Part shown: piece after piece, positions 49,492 to 63,101 of the stretch
Layout of the letters: the number at the start of each line of letters is the position of its first letter
How positions within the stretch are numbered: position 1 is the stretch's first letter
Assembly (NCBI RefSeq): GCF_006345805.1
Contig: NC_043006.1
Location: forward strand, 26,536,001-26,600,000
Direction: 5' to 3'
DNA: 64,000 nucleotides
From: Octopus sinensis
Taxonomy: Eukaryota
Position numbers and translations under genes: made by a program
Notes under the pieces: generated by a model
Seen by the model: the letters and a program-made list of their open reading frames with translations, nothing else
Databases searched by the model: none
What the model was told of the DNA's origin: nothing

Positions 49492-52400
49492 GGCGTGGGT
49501 ATACTTATCGCTGAGAAATGGGTAGATAAAGTAATTGAGGTAATCAGAGTATGTGACAGAATACTTAAGATTAGATTAGTGCTTCATCATGGATTAGCAA
49601 CCATTATATCGGCCTATGCTCCTCAGCCGGGGTTACCTGATGGACAGAAAGACCGATTCTATGACACTCTGCTGCAGACTACCTCGTTGACGAACGACAG
49701 AGACCTTCTCTTTGTGGCTGGTGACTTCAATGGTCACGTTGGACGACATGCTGGGGGCTTCCATGGCCTACATGGAGGCTATGGCTATGGTTCCCGCAAC
49801 GAGGAGGGAACCAGGCTGCTGGAGTTCTGCGATGCAAATAATCTTATGATTTGCAACACTAACTTCAGGAAACCTACCAGCCACCTAGTCACCTACCGAT
49901 CGGGCCAACATACCAGCCAAATTGACTACATCCTTGCCAGGCAAAGGGAGAGATGGCTGCTTATAAATGCCAAAACCTTCCCAGGCAAAGAATGTACCCC
50001 ACAACATAGACTGGTAGTTAGTGACTTTAGGATCAGGACTAGGAGGACAACCAGAAGACGACCAACATGGAGAAGAAGGATCTGGAAGCTTAAAGATCCT
50101 GCGAATGGACAGAGATTTAGGGACATGCTACTTGAAGCCTTTGACGAAGTAGAAGGGGATAGAGTATCACATGGGATAGAGGGCAACTGGACGTTTCTAA
50201 GGGACAACCTGCTGAGAGCCACTGACCAGATCTGTGGCTGGTGCAAAGTCCCCTCTCATCCCAAGGTAATGTGGTGGTGGAACAGTGTTGTAGACAGGGC
50301 TATTAGAGAAAAGAGACAAACTTGGAAGCACTGGAAGAATGGTGGTAGCAGGGAATTGTATCAGACTGCTAAAAGGGAAGCTAGGAGACAGGTCTATCTA
50401 GCCAGAGGGGAAGCAGATAAGAAAAAATTTGCCAATGTTCTGCGCCGTGAGGATAAAAGACTTGAGGTGTTTCGCGTTGCAAGACAGTGTGTGAGAGAGA
50501 ATTGTGATGTGGTAGGAGAGAAGTGTGTTCGCATGGAAGATGGTTCACTTGCGCTAAATGAGGATGCAAAGAGAAAGGTTTGGAGACGCCACTATGAAAG
50601 GTTGCTGAATAAAGAAAATGAATGGGATAAAGAGAGTCTGCCGAATGTTGACCCAACAGAGGGACCAGCTATCAGAGTTGATAGTTCCTTGGTAGTTAAG
50701 GCAATTAGAAGCATGAAGACAGGGAAAGCCCCAGGCCCATCAGGTATCACTGCAGAGATACTCAAAATATCTGGTAGTGTCGGCTATAGCCTAGTCACCC
50801 ATATAGTTAATCAGGTGATACACGAAGGAGTCATACCCAATGACTGGTGTAGCAGCATAATAGTCATCTGCTACAAAGGTAAAGGTGATGCCCTAGATAC
50901 AAATAATTACAGAGGTATCAAGCTGTTGGATCAGGTGATGAAGGTTACGGAGAGGGTCATAGCCTGGCTTTTGTTGACATGGAGAAAGCCTTCGACAGGG
51001 TCCCCCGATCCCTCATCTGGTGGTCAATGAGGAAACCAGGGATAGATGAATGGTTAGTGAGAGCTGTGCGAGCCATGTACAGGGACGCTGCTAGTAAGGT
51101 GAAGGTTGGCAACAAGTACAGTGAAGAATTCCGGGTAGAGGTAGGGGTCCACCAAGGTTCAGTCCTCAGCCCCCTCCTATTTACCATAGTCCTCCAGGCA
51201 ATAACGGAGGAATTCAAGACAGGATGCCCTTGGGAGCTCCTCTATGCTGATGACCTTGCTCTAATTGCTGAGTCGCTATCAGAACTGGAGGAGAAGTTTC
51301 AGGTGTGGAAACAAGGTTTAGAATCGAAGGGCCTTAGAGTCAATCTAGCTAAAACCAAAGTCGTAATAAGTAGGAAGGTAGACAAATCACAAACGCCTTC
51401 AGATAGATGGCCCTGCTCGATCTGTAGAAAAGGTGTAGGTAGAAACTCTATAAGATGCACCAAGTGTAAGCTATGGACACATAAGAGGTGCAGCAATGTC
51501 AAAGGAAGGCTAACTAGGAAGATGGTTTTTGTATGTGGCAGATGCTCAGGAACAATAAACACTGAAAATGCTCTGAGACCAACTTCTGTCACTTTCCAGG
51601 GAGAAAAACTAGAAATAGTTGTTAGCTTCCGTTACCTAGGTGACCAAGTCAGTAGCGGGGGCGGGTGTGCTGAAAGTGTAACTGCTAGAGTAAGAATAGC
51701 TTGGGCAAAGTTCAGAGAGCTCTTACCTCTGCTGGTGACAAAAGGCCTCTCGCTCAGAGTAAAAGGCAGACTGTATGATGCTTGTGTATGAACAGCCATG
51801 CTACATGGCAGTGAAACATGGGCCGTGACTGCTGAGGATATGCGTAAGCTCGCAAGAAATGAAGCCAGTATGATCCGATGGATGTGTAATGTCAGTGTTC
51901 ATAATCGACAGAGTGTAAGTACCTTGAGAGAAAAGTTGGACCTAAGAAGCATCAGTTGTGGTGTGCAAGAGAGACGGCTGCACTGGTATGGTCATGTGAC
52001 GAGAATGGCTGAAGATAGTTGTGTGCAAAAGTGCCACACCCTAGCAGTTGAGGGAACCTGTGGAAGAGGTAGACCCAGGAAAACCTGGGACAAGGTGGTG
52101 AAGCACGACCTCCGAACTTTAGGTCTCACTAAGGAAATGACTAGAGACCGAGACCTATGGAAGTATGCTGTGCGTGAGAAGACCCGGCAAGACTAGTGAG
52201 ACCATAGCCCGTGGCCTCTACCTGGTATGTAGCCAGTCGACTTATACATACCTTTCCTTCTTGGGACACAAAACTCCACTTGTGAAGACCCGTTGAGGCA
52301 AGTGGAAATCAAAAAATCAAATCAAACCAAATCAAATCAGATATCAGAAAGCAGAACCAAAATCGAAGTCGATCAACATCAATGGAAATTGCGGCTGTGA

Positions 52401-52903
52401 TACCAGTGCCTGTGACAAGTAAGCGAACCATCCAATCGTGGCTGTTGCCAGTGCCACCCCGACTGGTGACACGTAAAAAGCACCATCTGTTCGTGGCCGT
52501 AGCCAGCCTCGCCTGGCCCCTGTGCCGGTGGCACGTAAAAAGCACCATCCGTTCATGGCCGTTGCCAACGCCGCCCCGACTGGCCTCCATGCCAGTGGCA
52601 CGTAAAAGCACCATCCGTTTGTGTCCGTTGCCAGCCTCGCCTGGCCCCCGTGCCGGTGGCACGTAAAAGCACCATCCGTTCGTGGTCGTTTGCCAGCTCT
52701 GTCTGGCACCTGTGCGGGTGGCACGTAAAAAGCACCCACTACACTCGCAGAGTGGTTGGCATTAGGAAGGGCATCCAGCCGTAGAAACACTGCCAAATCA
52801 GACTGGGCCTGATGCAGCCTTCTGGCTTCACAGACCCCAGTTGAACCGTGCAACCCATGCTAGCATGGAAAACGAACGCTAAATGATGATGATGATGATG
52901 ATG
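49492..52903 (+). mobile_element. RTE LINE copy 3 (APE + RT), inactivated
   Basis: APE motifs ISAYAPQ, GDFNGHVG, QIDYIL, QHRLVV; RT GKAPGPSG, NYRGIKLL. A 133-bp deletion at 50964/50965 shifts the frame; TGA at 51789-51791. 3' UTR with six repeat units and (ATG)n tail. Confidence 0.93.
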
Positions 52904-52959
52904 AAATATAATAAAGTAAAAATGCTCATAATAACTAGTTGTATTTATTTCAAAGGGTA

Positions 52960-54420
52960 TTTTATAATAAATATTATTTGTATCTGGAGAAAGTATACCC
53001 CAATCTACGAAGACATGAAACATTATGTTCCTTAAGATTGTTAATAATCGGTAGATTAGTCCTAATTATAAAGAAAATCTCATTAATGCATAATGAGCAT
53101 TTTCTATTCTTATTATTATATGCTGGTGCAGATATAAGTATTTTCCATCGCAATTTATAATTGATTTTTTATCCTTAAGTTCCCATATATTTGCACTTAA
53201 CCCTGTAGAATTACTCCTATTTCTATTTTTAAAAGTATATCTGTGATAATTAAGTCTCTGTTTCAAACTATTCTTAGTAGTCCCAATATAGACGCTATTA
53301 TCGTATTGTGTACTTACTATACATTGATACACTACCTCCCTTTTCATGCAATTATTGTTAAATACACAATTTTCTCTAATCCTACAAATGCACCTATTAG
53401 GTTGTAGTTGTTTTACTTTATTATTATTAATTGTTACTGCATTATTATCATTATTATTATTGTTAATATTATCATTATTACTTATTATTCCCATATCCAC
53501 TGGCATGTTATTATTGATATTATTGTTCTTATTTATGCTATATTTTATGTTATTATTATTATTACATATAGTGTTATCATTACTAATTCTATTAATATTA
53601 TCCATGCTATTATTACTCATTGTAGTATTACTACTACTATAGTTTCCATTTCGATTAATATTACTTATATTGTTATAATTATTATATCTTAAGTTATAGT
53701 AAGACACATTTGTGTTACCTAAATTATTTTTTCTATTTAAATAGTAATAATCAAGTTTTTTATTATTAATTTAGGATATGATGGTGGCCAGATTATGAGT
53801 AAGACTGTATCCTATTCTAATAGTTTTATTCTAATAGTATTTGTTCTTCCCTTTTCCAAAATGCTTGTTTATTAAATTGAAAATATTTCTTACTATGTTA
53901 TTTTTAATTTGCATAGCATATGGAATTATTAACCACAGTGTATCTATTACATTATTTTGATTATACGGCTTATCTATATTATATATAAATTCTCTATTCT
54001 TATTCTTTCTTCTATATTTTTTATAATCAGTAGAATTTTTATTATTATAATTTTGACTAAATGCTTTATTGTAGTTATTATTATTATAATAGTTCTTATT
54101 AACTTTACTATTTCTATTAGTATTATTAATATTATAATTATTAATATTCAATCAATGATCTCTAATCCCGTTTACACTATTATTAGTATTATTTCTATTC
54201 ATATTAATATTATATTTCTAATTATTCTTTTTATTTGGATTATTGTTATGCATGTCTAACCAGTGTTTATTAGTAGTTGTTAATTTATTCCTAGTGTTAA
54301 GGCTGCTATTGGGGATATATTTTATTTTACCATTATATCTTGCCCTATGTAATGCAGAGTTATACTTTTCACTATGTCTATTAAATATCTCTTCATTCGA
54401 TGAAAGGTTAGAAATCCTTT
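52960..54420 (-). mobile_element. 5'-truncated Penelope-like element (Naiad-type by motif)
   Basis: YKRISNLSSNEEIFN (thumb), long Asn-rich linker, LWLIIPY..LINKHFG, CICRIRENCVFNNNCMKREVVYQC..VYIGTT..LSANIWELKD (GIY-YIG). Confidence 0.85.
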
Positions 54421-54427
54421 ATATGTT

Positions 54428-54505
<78 letters not shown>

Positions 54506-54782
54506 TATCAATAATAACAAAGGGTAAAATTAATTAATTAACTAGTAATCAATAATTTCACTAAGTAGAATTCGGCATGAAAAAGGACCATTTCATGGTA
54601 AATTAAAGTAATAGGGTTCAGCAAAAGATTTGCTTTACCACATACCGAAGCTTAGAAATAGCAGTCAAAGAACCTTAGCTATTTCCTCTACTTTAAAAAG
54701 AGACTCCCGGAAAAAACAAATTACTCGAAAACAGTCCACGAAGGCAGAGATGAAAAATAACGAAAATCAATTGATATTATTA

Positions 54783-54865
54783 CCCATGTACGAGTTTTGG
54801 AATTAGATCGGTATGAAGAATGTGTAATTTATACTTTACCCGAACATTTTCTTCATCAGCATGGG
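54783..54865 (-). ncRNA. Hammerhead-like motif, probably inactivated
   Basis: CCCAUG-CUGAUGA-[54-nt imperfect stem II]-AAAA-CUCG-UA-CAUGGG. Perfect 6-bp stem I, but AAAA instead of GAAA. Confidence 0.45.
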
Positions 54866-55000
54866 ACTTCACAATATTAAATATTAAAAATATTAAATTC
54901 GAAGGCACTGGAAGAACTGTTCATATCTCTCCAACTAACGTTATCAGACAGATCAAATTCAACGTCAGTACCGCCGAATTTTAAAATATACGAATGAGGT

Positions 55001-55045
55001 TATATATATATGTATATATATATGTATGTACATATATATATATGC

Positions 55046-55076
<31 letters not shown>

Positions 55077-55172
55077 AATAAATATAAATGTGTGTGTGTG
55101 TATATATATATATGCATATATATATTATATATATAAATAAATATAAATGTGTGTGTGTGTATATATATATGC

Positions 55173-55203
<31 letters not shown>

Positions 55204-55232
55204 TAAATGTGTGTGTGTATATATATATATGC

Positions 55233-55267
<35 letters not shown>

Positions 55268-56075
55268 TAAATGTGTGTGTATATATATATGCATATATAT
55301 ATGTATATATATGTATGTATATATAATATATATATATATATATATAAATAAATATAAATGTGTGTGTGTATATATATATGTATATATGTATATATATATG
55401 TATATATATATATGTATATATGTATATATATGTATATATATGTATATATGTATGTATATATATATATGTATATATATATGTATAATATATGTATATATAT
55501 ATATGTATGTATTATATATATGTATGTATATATATGTATATATGTATTATATATGTATATATATATGTATGTATATATATTGTATATATATGTATATGTA
55601 TATGTGTATATATATATGTATATATGTATGTATATATGTATATGTATATATGTATGTATATTATATATATGTATATATGTATGTATATATATATAATATG
55701 TATATATGTATATATATGTATATATGTATATGTGTATATATATATATATATATGTATGTATATTATATGTATATATATGTGTATGTATATATATATATGT
55801 ATGTATATATATGTATATAGTATATATGTATATATATATGTATATATGTATATATGTATGTATATATATATATGTATATATATATATGTATGTATATATA
55901 TTATGTATATATATATGTATGTATATATATGTATATATGTATGTATATATATGTATATATGTATATATATATGTATATATATATGTATATATGTATATAT
56001 GTATATATGTATATATGTATGTATATATGTATATATGTATATATGTATGTATATATATATATATGTATATATGTA

Positions 56076-56106
<31 letters not shown>

Positions 56107-56457
56107 ATATATATGTATATATGTATATATATATGTATATATGTATATATATGTGTATGTATATATATATATGTATGTATATATATGTATATATATGTGT
56201 ATGTATATATATATATGTATGTATATATATGTATATATATATGTATATATATATGTATGTATATATGTATGTATATATGTATATATATATGTATGTATAT
56301 ATATATGTATATATATATGTATGTATATATATATGTATGTATATATATATGTATGTATATATATATGTATGTATATATATGTATATATATATGTATGTAT
56401 GTATATATATATGTATGTATATATATGTATATATATATGTATGTATGTATATATATG

Positions 56458-56496
<39 letters not shown>

Positions 56497-58068
56497 GTAT
56501 ATATATATATGTATATATATGTATGTATGTATATATATGTATGTATGTATATATATATATATGTATATATATATATGTATGTATATATATATATGTATAT
56601 ATATATATGTATATATATGTATATATATATGTATGTATATATATGTATAATATATATGTATATATATATATGTATATATATGTATGTATATATATATGTA
56701 TGTATATATATATGTATATATATGTATGTATATATATGTATATATATGTATGTATATATATGTATATATATGTATATATGTGTATGTATATATATGTATA
56801 TATATATGTATGTATATATATGTATATATATATGTATGTATATATATGTATATATATATGTATGTAATATATATGTATATATAATATGTATGTATATATA
56901 TGTATATATTATGTATGTATATATATGTATATATATATGTATTATATATATATGTATATATATGTATGTATAATATATGTATATATATATGTATGTATAT
57001 ATATGTATATATTATGTATATATGTATATATATATGTATTATATATGTATGTATATTATGTATGTATATATATGTAATATATATGTATATATATGTATGT
57101 ATATATATTATATATATATATAATATATGTATGTATATATATGTATATATATATATATATGTAATGTATATATGTATATAATATATGTATGTATGTATAT
57201 ATGTTATATGTATATATGTATATATGTATATGTATGTATGTATATATGTATATATATATATGTATGTATGTATATATGTATATGTATGTATGTATATATG
57301 TGTATATATATATGTATGTATGTATATATGTATATATATATATGTATATATGTGTATATATATATGTATGTATGTATATATGTATATATATATATGTATA
57401 TATATGTATATAATATGTATGTATGTATATATGTATATTATATGTATATATATATATGTATATATATGTATATATATATGTATATATATTATGTATATAT
57501 ATATGTATAATATATATATGTATATATATTATGTATATATATATATGATATATATATATATGTATATATATGTATATATATATGTATGTATGTATATATG
57601 TATATATATATATATGTATATATATGTATATATATATGTATGTATATATATGTATATGTATGTATATATATGTGTATGTATATATATGTATATGTATATA
57701 TATGTATATATATTGTATATATATGTATATGTATGTATATATATATATATTTATGTATGCATGTATATATATATATATTTATGTATGCATGTATATATAT
57801 ATATATTTATGTATGCATGTATATATATATATATATATATGTATGCATGTATATGCATGTATATATATATATATGTATGCATGTATATATATGTATATAT
57901 ATATATGTATGCATGTATATATATGTATATATATATATATGTATGCACGTATATATATATATTATATATATGTATGCATGTATATATATATATATATATA
58001 TTGTATGCATGTATATATATATATATGTATGCATGTATATATATATTATATATATATATGTATGCATG

Positions 58069-58100
<32 letters not shown>

Positions 58101-58660
58101 CATGTATATATATATATATATATATATGTATGCATGTATATATATATTATATATATAGTATATGTATGTATGTATATATATATGTATATATATATATGTA
58201 ATATGTATGTATATATATGTATATATATATATATGTATGCATGTATATATATATATATATATATGTATGCATGTATATATATATGTATGTATGCATGTAT
58301 ATATATATATATATGTATGTATGCATGTATATATATATATATATGTATGTATGCATGTATATATATATATATATGTATGTATGCATGTATATATATATAT
58401 ATATGTATGTATGCATGTATATATATATATATGTATGTATGTATGTATATATATATATATATGTATGTATGCATGTATATATATATATATATGTATGTAT
58501 GCATGTATATATATATATATATGTATGTATGCATGTATATATATATATATATATGTATGTATGCATGTATATATATATATATATATGTATGCATGTATAT
58601 ATATATATATGTATGCATGTATATATATATGTATATATATATATATTATATATATATATA
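55001..58660. repeat. 3.7-kb compound (TA)n/(TATG)n/(TATGCATG) microsatellite
   Basis: Directly visible and zoned into sub-arrays. The overlapping Y/I/M/C ORFs are artefacts of the repeat. Confidence 0.97.
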
Positions 58661-59034
58661 CTAGCAGTATCACCCGGCGTTGCTCGGGTTTGTAAGGGAA
58701 ATAACTATAAAGCAATTTTAGAGAGTTATAGCCAAAAAATAGCAAAAGAATGGAAAAAAAATGATGGTAAATTTTTTTTTGAGGGTTAAAAAAGGTCGAG
58801 TTGCGTCCCCTAGACAGTCTGTGGTTTGTGTTTCTGATTCTCGACCCCATGTCGAATTTATCGATTTTTTTCAGAACTAGGGGAACTTTTCAAAATTTTC
58901 GCTGCGTTAGTTTTGAATTATGACATTGGGCTATGTGTGTGTCAAGTTTCATCAGAATCGGTTGAAAGCCGTGGTCAGGGTGAGGGTACAAGCAAACAGA
59001 CACACAGACAAACTGCCGTTTATATAGAGAGAGA
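58661..59034 (-). mobile_element. Non-autonomous Helitron copy
   Basis: Same A|TC...hairpin-CTAG|T structure and sequence as 39892-40259. Confidence 0.8.
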
Positions 59035-59099
59035 TATATGTATGCATGTATATATATGTATATATATATATATTATATATATATATATATAATATATAT

Positions 59100-59787
59100 G
59101 TAGACGACTGGCCGGATGGATTCTCAGAACTTTTAGAACAAAAGAACAAGAAACCATGATCATCCTCTGGAGGACACTTGTCCTAAGCCACTTTGATTAT
59201 TGCTCTCAGTTATGGTCACCATCCAGTGACAAGTTGATCACAGAACTTGAGGCGATCCAACGTAGCTACACGAAGAAGATAGCCTCTATGCAGAATATAA
59301 GATAGTGGGAAAGACTCAAGAGATTAAAACTATATTCCTTGGAGCGTAGGCGGGAAAGATATGCCATAATATACATCTGGAAGATCCTGGAGGGACTTGT
59401 CCCAAACTTTAGCACCGAGAGTAATACAAATGCCAGAACTGGGTGCCACTGCGTGGTGCCTAAGACTCCAAATTTGCCATCAAGATGTAGGACAAGATAC
59501 TGTGATAACCTGGGCTTCCGAGGCCCACAGCTCTTCAATATCCTCCCGAAGAACCTAAGAGACCTGCATGGGGTGGATGCAGATGTCTTTAAAATGAATC
59601 TGGATCTCTTCCTGTCATGTGTCCCGGATGAACCAACTTCACGGCAGGAGGTGCAGATGAGGGCAGCTGCATCGAACTCTATCATGCACCAAATGGCAGT
59701 TGCTAAAAAGCTTTCGTGAAGTAAAACCATGTAGCAACACCAAATGGCAGTGCCCCAGCATGACCACAGCTCATGAGCTGAAACTAG

Positions 59788-59821
<34 letters not shown>
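59100..59821 (+). mobile_element. CR1/L2-type LINE 3' end with (AATC)n tail
   Basis: LERRRERYAIIYIWKILEGLVPN..GPQLFNILPKNLRDL..FKMNLDLFLSCVPDEP. Terminal stem-loop CAGCTC-ATG-AGCTG-like, then (AATC)n. Confidence 0.85.
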
Positions 59822-59822
<1 letters not shown>

Positions 59823-60669
59823 GTATATATGTATGCATGTGTATATATGTATGCATGTATATATATGTATATATGTATGCATGTATATATATATATATTT
59901 ATATATATATGTATATATATATATTTATATATATATGTATATATATATATTTATATATATGTATGTATATATATGTATATGTATATCAACTTAATCCGTT
60001 TGTCTGTCCTTGTTTGTCCCCTCTGTGTTTAACCCCTTGTGGTAGTAAAGAATAACATATGTATATATATAGATATGATATATATATATGTATATATATG
60101 TATTTAATATATAGATTATTATATAGTAATATAGATGATGATATAAGATGTATATATATATGTATATATATGTATATATATGTATATATATATGTATATA
60201 TATATATGTATATATATATGTATATATATATGTATATACATATGTATATATATATATATTATATACATATGTAATATATATATATATGTATATACATATG
60301 TATATATATTATATGTTATACATATATGTATATACATATGTATATATATATATATGTATATACATATATGTATATATGTATGTATATATATGTATATGTA
60401 TATCAACTTAATCCGTTTGTCTGTCCTTGTTTGTCCCCTCTGTGTTTAACCCCTTGTGGTAGTAAAGAATAACATATGTAATATATATAATTATATATAT
60501 ATATGTATATATATGTATGTATATATATATGTATATATATATGTATATTATATGTATATATATGTATGTTATATATATGTATATATATATGTATATATAT
60601 TATGATATATTGTATAATATATGGTATATATATATATATTATATATGTATATATATGTATGTATACTAT

Positions 60670-62352
60670 AAAGAAAAGATGTAACCAAGGCTATAGATGA
60701 AATGAAAACAGACTCAGCTACTGGCCCCGATGGATTCCCGGCAATCCTCCTAAAAGCATGTAAGAGAGTCCTAGCAAGACCACTGCAGTTCCTCTTTCAG
60801 AGCTTCCTTGCAGCTGGCAAACTTCCAGAAAACTGAAGGAAGGTAAATATGCCCCATTCATAAAGGAGGTAGCAGAGCGAAGCCAAGAACTATAGACCTA
60901 TCTCTCTGACCTCACACATCAGCAAGGTCATGGAACGAATAGTCAGAAGGAAGCTGACCACCTTCCTTGAAGAGAATGACTTGCTGCCCGACACCCAACA
61001 TGGTTTTCCGACCAGGGAGAAGCTGTTTAACCTAACTCCTACAACACTATGACTGGGTGCTGAAACGGCTGCTCACACTCAAATGTGGAATGATATATCT
61101 CGACTTTGCAAAGGCCTTTGATAAGTCGATCATGGAATGATATGTCACAAACTGCGTGATCTCAACATAGTTGGAAAACTGGGAGAATGGCTTCATGACT
61201 TTCTGAAGGATAGAAGTCAGGTGGTAGTAGCCAATGGGGCCACCTCCTTAACACACAAATAGTGAGCGGTGTTTCCGCAGGGCACTGTTCTGGGACCACT
61301 ACTGTTCATAATGGCCCTCTCAGACATGCCCTCAGCCACGCAGAGAGCCACGATCACAAGTTATGCAGATGAACAAAAGTTTCACAGGCATACAGAACCC
61401 TGAGGACACTAAACACCTGCAATGTGAGCTGGACGAATATACAAGTGGGCTGAAAAGAATAGCATGCAGTTCAATGCTGGAAAGTTTCAAGCTTTATACT
61501 ATCAGCATGCAAAACTGAATGCAATACCCAATGAATACACTGGACCCGAGGGATTGCAATCCCAGAGGCACAATCAGTGCGTGACCTGGGTATTCACATG
61601 AGTGATGACGCGACCTTTCTGTACATGTTGCTAAACTGACACTGAAATGTAGACGGCTGGCTGATGGATTCTTAGAACCTTTAGAACAAGAGAACAAGAA
61701 ACCATGATGGTCCTCTGAAGACACTTGTCCTAAGCCACTTTGACTATTGCTCTCAGCTATGGTCACCATCCAGTGTCAAGTTGATCACAGAACTTGAGGC
61801 GACCCAACGAAGCTACACAAAGAAGATAGCCTCTATGCAGAATGTAAGCTACTGGGAAAGACTCAAGAGATTAAAATTATTTCCCTGGAGCGTAGGCGGG
61901 AAAGATATGCCATAATATACATCTGAAGATCCTGGGGAAGTGTCCTGAACTTTGGCATCGAGAGTTACGCAAATGCCAGAACTGGGCGCCACTGCGTGGT
62001 GCCTGGACTCCAAACCTGCCATCAAGATGTAGGACAAGATTCTGTGATAGCCTGGGCTTCCGAGGCCCACAGCTCTTCAATATCCTCCCGAAGATCCTGA
62101 GAGACCTGCATGGGGTGGATACAGATGTCTTTAAAATGAAGCTGGATCTCTTCCTGTCAGGTGTCCCAGATGAACCAACTTCACGGCAGGAGGGGCGAGA
62201 GGGCAGCTGCATCGAACTCTCTCATGCACCAAATAGCAGTTGCTAGAAAGCCTCCATGAAGTGAAACCAAGTAGCAACACCAAATGGCGGTGCCCCAGCA
62301 TGGCCACAGCTCATAAGCTGAAACTAGAATCAATCAATCAATCAATCAATCA
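60670..62352 (+). mobile_element. CR1/L2-type LINE, RT through 3' end, many frameshifts
   Basis: NYRPISLTSHISKVMERIV, TQHGF, YLDFAKAFD, QGTVLGPLLFI, SYAD. Same 3' end and (AATC)n tail as 59100-59821. Confidence 0.88.
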
Positions 62353-63101
62353 TATATATGTATATACATATGTATGTATATACATATGTATATATATACA
62401 TATGTATATATATATATATGTATATACATATGTATATACATATGTATATACATATGTATATATATATATGTATATACATATATGTATATATATGTGTATA
62501 TATATATGTGTATATATATATGTGTATATATATATGTGTATATATATGTATATATATACTATGTATATATAATGTGTATATATATATTTATAGTAATATA
62601 TATGTGTATATATATATGTATATATATATAGTTTAAATAATATATGTATATATATATATGTGTATATATATATGTGTATATATATATGTATATATATATA
62701 TGTGTATAATCATTGTATATATGTATATACATATATGTATATATATAGTATATATGTATATACATATATGTATATATATATGTTATATATATATTTATAT
62801 GTATATATGTATAATTGTTAATGTATATATGTATATGTATATCTATATATTGTATATATGTATATGTATATATGTTATCTGTATATATGTATATGTATAT
62901 ATGTATATGTATATAGTTATGTATTATGTATATGTATAATGTATATATGTATATATATACATATATGTATATTATATATGTATATATATATATGTATATA
63001 TATATATATGTATATATATGTATATCTATATGTATTTATGTATATATAATGTTTATATATATGTATATATATGTATATATATGTATATATCTATATATGT
63101 A

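Noticed and set aside
52400-52740. Repeat-spacer-like pattern resembling a CRISPR array
   Set aside because: Eukaryotic context, spacers are themselves repeated, no cas genes, and the array is the 3' UTR of an RTE LINE.
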